A DNA stretch of 63,092 bases, filler included, from Sphacelaria rigidula (taxonomy: Eukaryota): NCBI GenBank assembly GCA_964200075.2. It is 11 parts of 11 records of this genome, joined end to end, with 100 filler letters (N's around TTAATTAATTAA, not from the genome) between each part and the next. Parts side by side here need not be neighbours in the genome. Positions count along the whole stretch, not along the records: positions 34,471 to 40,115 come from CAXNAA020025608.1; positions 40,216 to 45,860 come from CAXNAA020025609.1; positions 45,961 to 51,604 come from CAXNAA020025610.1; 8 more parts are not named here. One strand, 5' to 3'. Under the pieces are notes generated by a model. The model searched no databases and was not told where the DNA came from. It saw nothing but the letters and a program-made list of their open reading frames with translations. This document shows positions 38,084 to 47,970 of this stretch, piece after piece. Positions within the stretch are counted from its first letter, which is position 1. Each line of letters begins with the position of its first letter. A program made the position numbers and the translations under genes.

Positions 38084-38238
38084 GAAGTCGTGTTTCGTCA
38101 ACTGTGTGTCGGCGACAGTCGCACATTCACCGATCTTTTCGAATTTCGGTGTCCACGTACATGCCATGGAATGCGAATACCTCGGGTGACGCATGTTGTA
38201 CATGTCGTTCAAGAAAAATTCTTTTACTGAAACATGTC

Positions 38239-39678
38239 CTAGCCAGACACTTCCCTGATTGCCTGCTGCATCAGGTCTTTGTCGCGCGAATAGTACGTGT
38301 TTTCCTGAAACGGCTTTCCCCTGAAGATCGTAGTCCGCTTAGGGATGTTGGCGGAAGCCTTGCTGCCGTACCTCGCAGAGTACAAGGCTTTCATCTTCTT
38401 TCCCACCTGACCGGCCTTTTCCCCGAGGCTGATACCGAGCTCGGTCGAAACCATGGCGATTGATATCTCACCACCGCGCACCGCGGCGTGACACTCTGGC
38501 GTCGGCACAGACGTTCCCGGGTCTGTAGGCGCGGCGGCGGCCGGGGTAGCCACGACCACGGCGTTGACGGGTTCCGTTGTTATGGCGGGGACCGTGAAAC
38601 CTGAAGCACGCCGGAAGGCACGGTTCTGAATGTCAAAAATGCGATCAGTCAACTCGATTTCCCCCCTGGAGTCCAGAGGGCGGATCTGCTCGAAAGCTTC
38701 CTTCATGGTCATGACCAGCGACACCTCAGCTTTCACCAGTGATACCTCGTTGGTCGCACGGAGTAGATGCATCTCGTGCTGCACTTGAGAAGATACGTAG
38801 GCTTGATACTGTTCTTCAGTAGCGAGTTCCATGATCTCCGGGCCGATGCGAGCCCTCTTCGCATCTGGTTCACCGTTCATGAAGCGTTGAAAGGCCCTTC
38901 CCTCCTCGGAGCCCTGAAGGCGATTACGCCTAGACTCAATCTCCTCGCAGATGGAGGTGTCCCCCGAGAGAACACGACATATTGTTTCGGCCGACTGGCG
39001 GCGGAATTCCTTGGCGGCCCTCCCGGGAAGCATCCATATGATTTCGGTGATGGTTTTGGCGTCGCTCACGGGGGTGGTGTGGCCCTTTCCGTTGATCTGT
39101 ATGTGCTCAACGCCATCCGCGATTGAGATCATTGCATTTTGCCATCCTTCGCAAGAATCCTCTCGCTCCATGATGCGGGTTAGCATTTGCCCGGCGTAAG
39201 CGGAATCAACTCCAGGGCACAGAAGCTTAATCACGTCTATAACCGAGCCTTTTCCAGAGGCCTCGTCGACGCGGATGGAGCCGATGATTCCGATTGTCCT
39301 CAGTGACTTCTCCAGCACAGATGCCTTGGTTTCAAATTCTTCATCGGCACAGTCGAGATTCTGAGAAATGCCGGCACGCACATGCTCGACATGCTCAGCG
39401 AGAGAGCGCTTGAACGCCTCCCCCGATCCTTGCCTCCACGAAGCCCATTTCCTTCCGGGTAGGTTGTCTAGGATGTAGTTACACGTGGCGAGATCGGTAA
39501 CGACGGTTGACTTCTGATTGATCGAGCGCTTGGTCATCGCCGGCACGCTCGTGACGTCTTTTAGGACGCCGTTGACGCTCCGCAGGATAGAGCCGGGGTG
39601 TGCTTCGGGGTTGGCACACTGGATCATGCTTGACACTCCAACGTCACCAGACGACGGGTCAACTACAATGCTGTCCAT
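38239..39678 (-). CDS. Bro-N/KilA-N-like DNA-binding protein of giant-virus type, about 479 aa
   Basis: Likely start MDSIVVD at 39678. GSVIDVI..INGKGHTTPVSDAKTITEIIWMLPGRAAKEFRRQSAETICRVLSGD..EEIE and the C-terminal VGKKMKALY..RY..PKR..ENTYYSRDKDLM resemble a family I associate with NCLDVs and their endogenous copies in algae. The N-terminal 80 aa hold a degenerate second copy (TVVTDLATCNYILDNLPGRKWASWR). Confidence 0.75.
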   Translation of the reverse strand: MDSIVVDPSSGDVGVSSMIQCANPEAHPGSILRSVNGVLKDVTSVPAMTKRSINQKSTVVTDLATCNYILDNLPGRKWASWRQGSGEAFKRSLAEHVEHVRAGISQNLDCADEEFETKASVLEKSLRTIGIIGSIRVDEASGKGSVIDVIKLLCPGVDSAYAGQMLTRIMEREDSCEGWQNAMISIADGVEHIQINGKGHTTPVSDAKTITEIIWMLPGRAAKEFRRQSAETICRVLSGDTSICEEIESRRNRLQGSEEGRAFQRFMNGEPDAKRARIGPEIMELATEEQYQAYVSSQVQHEMHLLRATNEVSLVKAEVSLVMTMKEAFEQIRPLDSRGEIELTDRIFDIQNRAFRRASGFTVPAITTEPVNAVVVATPAAAAPTDPGTSVPTPECHAAVRGGEISIAMVSTELGISLGEKAGQVGKKMKALYSARYGSKASANIPKRTTIFRGKPFQENTYYSRDKDLMQQAIREVSG

Positions 39679-39784
39679 CTTGCTTGCGTGTTTTGTTGTG
39701 AGCTTTTGCAGCGGATATTGTGAGTTGATTGTGGGTGAGAAAGTATTTGTGAGCTGATGAGCGCACGAAAGTAGACCAAAAGGT

Positions 39785-39975
39785 CTAGCACACGGCCCCC
39801 TACAGCAAAGACCACACTGATCGAACACACACTCTAGCGCAGCAGCATTCCCACACCGACACACACGAGGGACACTCCCAGGTTCTTTGTCCTCCTTCCT
39901 CATCAGTTGCGTCTCTCGCTGCTCCTTGATGTGATCTTCAGTCACCTCCCTCCATGTTGCCCCGGGTGTGAAGAT
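39785..39975 (-). pseudogene. Cys-rich zinc-finger-like gene fragment, in frame upstream of the Bro-like ORF
   Basis: CRCGNAAALECVFDQCGLCCRGPCAR (CxCGN..C....C..CC..PC). No ATG upstream in frame; it abuts the Fanzor-like fragment. Confidence 0.45.
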
Positions 39976-39977
39976 GA

Positions 39978-40115
39978 CTCTTTTCGTTACCGCAAGAAGT
40001 TCGTGACGCTGCCATGGTGGATTTGTGCAAGGCCTACAAGGACAACAAAGACAAGCAAGAGAAGAACCCTCGACACCACTTCGACTTGAAATTTAGGTCA
40101 AAAAACGACGTGCAG
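39978..40115 (+). pseudogene. Fanzor/TnpB-like RNA-guided nuclease fragment (N-terminal half), cut by the scaffold end
   Basis: Hand translation: LFSLPQEVRDAAMVDLCKAYKDNKDKQEKNPRHHFDLKFRSKNDVQ. It matches the P..(V/I)RD.A..DL.KAY..N..K......F.(L/M)KFRSK signature I recall for Fanzor2/IS607-type TnpB. Preceded by an in-frame TGA; RuvC motifs are not in the window. Confidence 0.7.
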
Positions 40116-40315
40116 NNNNNNNNNNNNNNNNNNNNNNNNNNNNNNNNNNNNNNNNNNNNTTAATTAATTAANNNNNNNNNNNNNNNNNNNNNNNNNNNNN
40201 NNNNNNNNNNNNNNNCTTTGAAAAGGTCGGGGGGACAATCGTCAAACGTATAAGCAACGCAAAAAATGGCTTCGCCCCCCCCCCCCCCCCTATCGTAGGA
40301 TGACTCCTTTACAAT

Positions 40316-41800
40316 TCGGGTGGAGAAAGCAGCTCAGGTGGAGCTTGCACGATTGATGTGTGGTGATTGAAGGTTATAAGAGTTTAGTACAAGAAGGTAT
40401 ACACATTCCCCTGTTCAGAGCGCCTCCCCTACGGAATAGTCCATTTATCAAATACGCTAGCGTATTTTGAATCGGATAGACAGCAGCCGGAGAAGCAGGG
40501 AAGCAAGAGGCGAGTTTGAGCAATATTCTGCAGCACTTGATGGCGCTTGAGCCAGCTCGAGGCAAGATACAGCAGCACTAGTTGGCGCTTGAGCCTTCAA
40601 AGAGAATCATGCAGTCAGCGATTGTTGCAGCCAAAGGCAAAATTCAGCAGCACTAGTTAGCGCTTGAGCCTTGAAAGAGAGATACGCAGTTAGCGTTTGT
40701 TACAGTTTGAGCAATAGAGCAGCATTTGGTAGCGCTTGAGTCAACGAGGAAGGGAGTCAACACGTGAGAGGTCGAGAAGAGCTTGAGACAAACAATTCAA
40801 CAACAAGTAACAGTAAAATATAATAAAAGTCGATCCATGGCTCACATGAAGTACAGTACTGAAGAGTTAACAGAAAAGCTCCGGCGTATGGAGGTATAGC
40901 AGACCGAAAAACCACGTATCATGGAAAAAACACAGGCAGAGTTGATCGAGGTCATAAAACGCGACGCTATTGCAGAGTACGAAAGAGATAGGAGTATGCA
41001 TTTGGGCGCAGGCGTACAAAATAATCCCACGGTGGGTACAGCACACCGCGAGCAGGAGAACAACCCACGTTTTTTTCAAAAGTTCCGAAGCGATACCTTC
41101 ACGGGAGGGCAACGTGCCCCACCGAACTTTGTAAGAGTGCGCAACAATACGAGTATTCACCCATGGGACGGTACAGTAAAAGCAGGGGAAAATTTGGAGT
41201 CCAAGCTTCGTGTGTTTCAAGTGCAGATGATCGGATATTATTGTGCCGAGAAATGATATGATGCTCTGTTTGTTCAGGACCCCATTTGAGTATTTCATGG
41301 ATCCGAAGAAGAATTAGTAGCGCAGCATGGGTTCAGGGCAGTGGAGAAAGCTCAGCTGTCACACGATATACTCCTCGAAAAAATCACAACTCCCGTAATG
41401 GTAGTAAACTTTGAGATGCTTGGTTCGCCTAGTGAGTCTTGAGATTGTTTTGTTCAGTACTACACCGTTTCGCCCACCACTGAGAAGGCGCGTGTTGAGC
41501 ATGAATGGTCACGCCTACAGATGTCCCCGGGCGAAAGCCCTTTGGTGTTTCTGAACAGGGCGAGTTTTATCCGCCAGAAAAGACATCATTTTGGTCACGT
41601 AATTTTGAAGTCTGATGCCAAGAGGCAATACGCACGCAGGCTGTCATCAGAGTAACAAATTCAGAGAGTGAACCTTTTCGCCATGCCAGGTATTGACACA
41701 GAGACCCTACACCGAACGGTGAAAACGGCCCATGCAGAGTTGGAACTGTCGAGCAGTAGGATAGACTCTCCGACTAACCATGCCTTGTCTTCCATAGCTC
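40316..41800 (+). pseudogene. Copia-type leader plus gag relic (gag about 40837-41790)
   Basis: Read through the stops: GSPSES*DCFVQYY..EKARVEHEWSRLQMSPGESPLVFLNRASFIRQK, a UBN2-like gag pattern. No pol follows. The leader has imperfect tandem repeats (gcagcactagttggcgcttgagcc). Confidence 0.7.
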
Positions 41801-42099
41801 GAGTTGTATCTCACAGTGACGTATCGGGAAGGCGATGCGGGGGGGCAGGCGAAACCACCACCGCCGGGAGTGTGGATCTGACCGCACTGGGAATTCCACT
41901 TTACATCAGCATCCTAACCATGGACCGTCGCCAAGGCCTCATTCCCGCTCACATTTTACATCTCCACATGACCCACACAACGACCACAGCCCCAATGCAA
42001 CCACTCAACCCTCATCATGCAATGTCCGCAATTGTACTATATGCCGTCATCGAGGTGTAGATTACCCCACACGAGGCGACGGGCGGAGTCATGCATCGC

Positions 42100-43230
42100 A
42101 AAATTTTCGATCATTCCCTCTGAGCTTTCTCTACTGCGCTGTACTCGTGCTGCGCTATCAACTCCTCCTCTGATCCATGAAAAACGAGAATGGGGTCCTG
42201 AAAAAAAAGAGCATCGCAACATTTCTCGGCACGAAAATATACGATCATCTGCACTTGAAACACACGAAACTTCGACTCCAAACTTTCCCCTGCTTTTACA
42301 GAACCGTCCCATGGGTGAATACTCGTAGTACTACGTACTCTAACAAAGTTCGCTTGGGCACGTGGTCCTCCTGTGTAGTTATCGTTTCGGAACATATGGA
42401 AAAGACGTGGGTTGTTCTGCTGGTCGCGGTTCGCTGTCCTTATCGTAGGATTACCTCGTGCGCCTGCGCCCAAATGCGTACTCCTTTCTCTTTCGTAATG
42501 AGTCATCCTACGATAGGGGGAAAAAAGAGGCTCATAAGTGTGTCAGACATCCTTCCACACTTGCGTTNNNNNNNNNNGACTCGAAATTTCGAGCAACAAA
42601 TGGCCCAAAATACCCCCCACCCCTATCGTAGGATGACTCTAATCTACAATAATATCGTGTTTTGCCGCCTCAATAAGCTCTGCCTGTTTTCCTTCCATCT
42701 CTGCTTGTTTTTCTTCCATGATTCGCAGTTTTTCGGTCTGCTCTACCTCCATGAGCCGAAGTTTTTCCGTCAATTCTTCCGTACTACATTCGTCCCTGTT
42801 AGCTATTGATAGACTCTAATTATATATTGCTGTTGCTTATTGTTGAATTGATTATCTCAAATTTGATTGACCTCTCACTCGTTGACTCCCTTTCTCGTTG
42901 GCTCCAGCGCTATCAAATGCTGCTGTATTTTGCTCAAACTGTAACAAACGCTAGCTGTGTGACTCTCTCGTTGGCTCAAGCGCTATCAAATGCTGCTGTA
43001 TTTTGCCTCGAGCTGGCTCATGCGCTGTGAATTCTGCTGTATATTTCTCAAACTCGCTTCTTACCTCCATGCTTTTCCCGGCTGTAATCAATCCGTTCCA
43101 AATTCGCTAGCGTAATTGATAACAGAACCGTCCCGTAGAGGACGCGCTCTGGACAGAGGAAAACTCTTGTATCCTTCACTCATCAAACATCAACCGTGCA
43201 CGCTCCACCCGAGCTGCTCTCTCGCACCCA
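42100..43230 (-). pseudogene. Second, inverted and diverged copy of the same leader plus gag relic
   Basis: YERERSTHLGAG..SIHPWDGSVKAGESLESKFRVFQVQM..AVEKAQ parallels the ORF at 40921. Leader similarity extends to 43230. Confidence 0.75.
42500..42639. mobile_element. Non-autonomous TIR element, GAG...CTC ends, 4-bp TSD TAAT (Sola-like)
   Basis: TIR GAGTCATCCTACGATAGGGG; TAAT at 42496-99 and 42640-43; internal N gap. Other ends at about 5828-5851 and 40283-40306. Confidence 0.85.
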
Positions 43231-45960
43231 AAATGCAGTGACCAAAATGCACCAAAAACAGAACTGCCCAGGGAAGGTAGGACCGTATACTGGGTTCCCT
43301 CATATGTCATACATCCAGTCATAACATAATCCGTTACCGCAGATGATATCCGATACCCATGATATTTCATCAATCTGCACCGCATGTACCTGAATTCATC
43401 CACGTACACATGCACTAATGTTTAGCTCGGCGATATTCTCTTGATCTCTAACGTTTTCGCGGGCTACTTGACGAATCGATAATCCTTTCGATAGTCAAAA
43501 TGGGTGTACCAAAATAAGGTCGGAAATGGCGGGTAAATCCTTTGGGGAAACGTATGGCAACACTTTCGAGGTGGAACGATCCGCGAAGGCCTCTTCCTAC
43601 CACTGCTGTTATGAGGGTGAATGGGGGCCGATTTGGGCAAAGCATAGTTAGGGAAAGTGTGTACTGGCCCCTGTCTGCAGAAGATATGAAGTCTAAATGA
43701 GCCAATCAGAATCAAATCCCATATACACGCGTCACCTCGAAGTAGCGACCTGGCCCACATGAAAAGTACTGTACTACCAGTAATATGAAAATAGTACGTT
43801 TGTGTAACAAGCCAGCGACACGCTGCAGTACATCTATACACAGGGTCACAACAACAGGAGGATAGACGCTGCTCCTCGTGCTGTTGTTGTGCCCCTCTTG
43901 TTGCACTATGTTTTTGACACTTTCTACGATAGCCCCCCCCAAAAACGTGCATGGTTTTGGGAGGCAAAATCTTCACGTAAATCGAAATGGGAAAAGCCAA
44001 GCATAACGAGAAGCTGGGAATTCCCACGCTTGGGTTCGTTCTAGCTAATGTCGCCAATATGAGGTGCTTCATGCAGCCTGAACCCGTACATCAGACGCTG
44101 TATGGCCATTTTTTTCGTAACACTTTTAGCTGGTTTTTTGGGGGGGGCTATCGTAGAAAGTGTCGCGTATGTCCTCTTCCTGCAGCCGACTGCCGCGTCG
44201 GAGCGTACTGTAGGGTGTAGCATCATGGGCGGTGTCATCCAGTGCACGCCACACTCTCGTGGAGTCGGTAATGCGGTACAGCAGCAGTGTTGGTCCCGTG
44301 AAACGATATACTCCCATCTACTCGAGAACAAATTGAAATCAAAACCCGGAAAACTGCCTTGTTATAACTCTTGCATAGTTCTACGCCTCAACAGAGAGCT
44401 AGGCGGAATTTGACACCTTGCGATGATTTGTGTCACTCATTGAGGTGGGAATTCGACACCTTGCGATGATTTGCGTTACTCATTGAGGTGGGCCCTGGAC
44501 ATTTCCCCCTTCCTCGGTGGCCGCAGTTATCACTCTGGCCAAAGAAGAATTTTCGTCCGGGAAGGGTGAAATCCAGAAAAATATGGCAAATTTCTCGGTG
44601 TTTGACCGTTTCCCGACTGTTCTTGGACTCAAGTTCTTGGTTGGCGAAAATAGAAACCACGGCCACCGGAGAACGAGGAAATGTCTTGGAACCCATCCGA
44701 CAAGTAGAGCATATCATTCCAACGTGTCGGTGCCCACCCAGCTCCAAAACAGCACGTTCTCAGATTTCCGCTCACCTTCGTAAACTCCTCTGCAACCGCT
44801 TCCGCTCCGACATTATCTTTTTTCGTGCGATCTTGTATGGAGCCGATGATTCCCATGAACAGTTAAAGTTTATCAATTTTTCCGTTCTGACAGCGTCTCT
44901 CCCACCTCGTTCAAAGCTGTGCCGTTGTGCCGACACGAATATGTGGAGAGTGAACGTTTTGACGTGGTCGATTAAGGATGGTGACTCGTGCAGTCGGTGT
45001 GCAGGTTGTGAGCTCCAAACTCAAGAACTCAAAACTTCGGGTGCCCAACTTGTCGTCTCGCCGGCGTGCTAGACGGCGCGCATCGTGAGGGGATACCGCT
45101 ACAACGCCACAACAAGGACGGGAATAAGGCGCATAGAGAACGCCTGATTAAAAAAAGATTGAAACGGGGCTTCAAAACAGAAAAATAGTTGAAAGAAAAG
45201 GAGCTTGATTCAAACACCTGTGTACATGATGGTTCAAACTCCATCCAAATCATTCTCGGCTACGACCGCAACCCTGCAGCATAGAGCACGAGTTGAGCAC
45301 AGGGATAGATGTACTACAGTAGTCGGCTTTGCTTCGCTATTTTTTCGTTGGGGAAAACTTGCGCATATTCTCTTATGGCAGGCATCAGGGACGAAACTGC
45401 GTGGTACGAACTCCTACCCACAAAATAAGTGGAGCGCGATCCCAACGGACTGGGGTTCAAGAAATCTAACCACGGGAGAAAATCGCCTGTAGACGGGCTG
45501 AAGTGCTCTCACGTGTAAAACCAGGGTTTGTCGCCGTGAAAGTCGCTCTAAAACCCTACCCCCAATCCGTGTACTGTAAGTACGACATTCAAAATATCCC
45601 GCAACCGAGTATACTCTACTCGACCCGCACTTGCAAAGCTGCTTTATCTTTTTGGGACCGAAAGCTTGAAAATCCATGCGCACCCGACTGCATCAAAACA
45701 AGAAATGTCTACTCGGATCAATTCCACCGCTCCAGCGCAGGGAGGTGCGGAGTGTTTTTCGGGAGGGGCTAACCCCATGCAGACTACTAACAACAAATTG
45801 TGCGAATTGAGGTTTAACTTTGAGATGAGGTTCAAGCCCCAAACAGTGCTTTCCTCACACNNNNNNNNNNNNNNNNNNNNNNNNNNNNNNNNNNNNNNNN
45901 NNNNTTAATTAATTAANNNNNNNNNNNNNNNNNNNNNNNNNNNNNNNNNNNNNNNNNNNN

Positions 45961-47179
45961 GATCATAGCTAGCTTTCGTTGCTACAGTACTTCCTCCCGA
46001 CCGAAGTCCGCAACGGATAGGAAAGGTAAAGAGTTGATTTTTCTCAATCTCATCCACCAAGTTCAAACGACTCTCACGACCTGAGGGAAGGTGGCCGCCT
46101 CGGGTCCGCCTGAACACGCAAATGTACCGTCGAACAGCGAAACCAAACCTTTTGGGGGTTGGCATCTGCCAGTGCGTGGAGAACGGAACAGAAATCGATA
46201 AGTTACCGTTCGTATTAGAAAACAATGCGCACGAAACACTTCGCAGCTTGAAAACTACTTCGAAGTACGCATTTTCATGGAGAAGAAACTTTCCGTACCC
46301 CAATAGTCTTCTATGCGGTCGAAAAACCTCTGCTGACCATTATTGCCTGGCAGGGGGACAGGGAAGCCGTCCTCCCTCAGGTCGTTAGAGTCGTTTGAAC
46401 TTGGTGGATGAGGTTGAGAAAAATCAACTCTTTACCTTTCCTATCCGTTGCGGACTTCGGTCGGGAGGAAGTACTGTAGCAACGAAAGCTAGCTATGATC
46501 GGGTTTGCCTGCCGTACTACCGACAGCGTTGCGTGAAAGCCACAAGACCTTTGCTGTCGGCGGTTGATGGCGTGGGTCATAAATACAATGACAAGTGGTT
46601 GAACGTAGAGCACTCTCGTCCCAGCTTGTAATGCATGATCTTCTCACATTGGAATAGTTCTGGAAAGCTACTCGTAGTGTACCCAGGTGTTCACGCGACC
46701 AGCGTGTGCTCCAGATTGCAGCACGGACGGGCTAGTATGCGCCACACTAATAACAGCTAGGTCACCACCATACGTATATTTTTTCACTCCACATGTCAAG
46801 AAGGTCTCTACAAGTGTTTGATCTCTCATACACCCCCCTCAACTGGCGTCTCGCACGCTGTTCTGGTTGGGATCCAGAGGGTCAGGTGTGGGTGAAATCA
46901 ATGATGAATAACACCCCTCAAGTTCAAACTGGATATATCTGTTGTTTTCGCCGCATCACCGCCCTTGCTGGCATGTGTGTGACAGAGAACAGTAGTAGCG
47001 GTGACGGGAACATTGCCCTGGTTTTCAACGACATGTTTTTCGGCGCACGGAGGCGCGTCCAGTCCAAAAGGAGAGGCAGAGAGATATCGATCTTCGCATT
47101 CGTGAGCTCGACAGGCAATTGTAGACAAGACAAATTTTTTCCGTAGCTTGATGTTTCGGCACACGGAAAATTAGGCACA
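45961..47179. mobile_element. Foldback element with long inverted arms (45961-46088 mirrored at 46373-46500) and a spacer of about 285 bp
   Basis: Near-identical inverted copy up to the scaffold edge. The right arm continues to 47179 and matches 12085-12910. Confidence 0.8.
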
Positions 47180-47181
47180 TA

Positions 47182-47536
47182 ACAGGGGATTATATAAAAT
47201 GAGGTTGATCAATGAAATGAGGTTTGAGGAGGCTAGCCAGTATGCGACAAAAACCCGAGGGAAGTACCGTCCGCAACTGCCTTCGATCGATACCGGGGGT
47301 GGGGGGCGTACTCATTTGTTGCTTGCCTTAGTCGTTTGACCATTGACCACGCCCCGTCTCGAAAGGTCAATAGTCAAACGACTAAGGCAAGCAACAAATG
47401 AGTACCCCCCCCCCCTCCCCCCCGGTATCGATCGGAGGCAGTTGCGGACGGTACTCCCCTCGGGTTTTTGTCGCATACTGGTTAGCCTCCTCAGACCTCA
47501 TTTCATTGATCAACCTCATTTTATAGAATCCCCTGT
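47182..47536. mobile_element. Palindromic MITE, about 167-bp arms, TA-flanked
   Basis: TA|ACAGGGGATT...AATCCCCTGT|TA; the arms pair almost throughout around a loop of about 16 nt. Confidence 0.9.
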
Positions 47537-47970
47537 TACATCATCAGGAGCGATCTTTAAAGGTCGATTACTTTCTCTCGACGAGATGGTTGCAACGCCG
47601 CCCAGTTCAGCCCTGGCATCGCCGGTGAGGAGTAAGTGAGCTTCGAAAATCTATCTAGGGAATGTGGTATCTTATGCGACCTACAATAGTGAGGGAGGGT
47701 ATCAGTGTGCCAGTGTACTGCTCGGTCTCATACACAGCGGCTATACCAAAGCAGCCGCATCGTATCGAATATCGAACCTCGATACGTATCGTGTCATTTC
47801 CGGAATATCGACAAAAATATCGGTATCGGCGGTTGACAATGTTTTCGTGAGATTGAGAGTAGAGGATGCGATTGAGAGTGAAAAGCGATCAACTGGTGAA
47901 TGATTCGTTTCAGTTCCGAAATGTCCCTCCACGAAGCCCAATATGCTTTCTGTTGTAGCTTGGCACTGAT

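Noticed and set aside
40116..40330. Continuation of the Fanzor-like fragment past the spacer
   Set aside because: The sequence after the spacer belongs to a different scaffold and starts with unrelated repeats.
44407..44492. 43-bp tandem duplication (also a 19-bp repeat at 8152-8210)
   Set aside because: Two-copy local duplications with no further structure.
44488..45780. Possible transposase region
   Set aside because: No catalytic or DNA-binding motif recognised in the frames I read.
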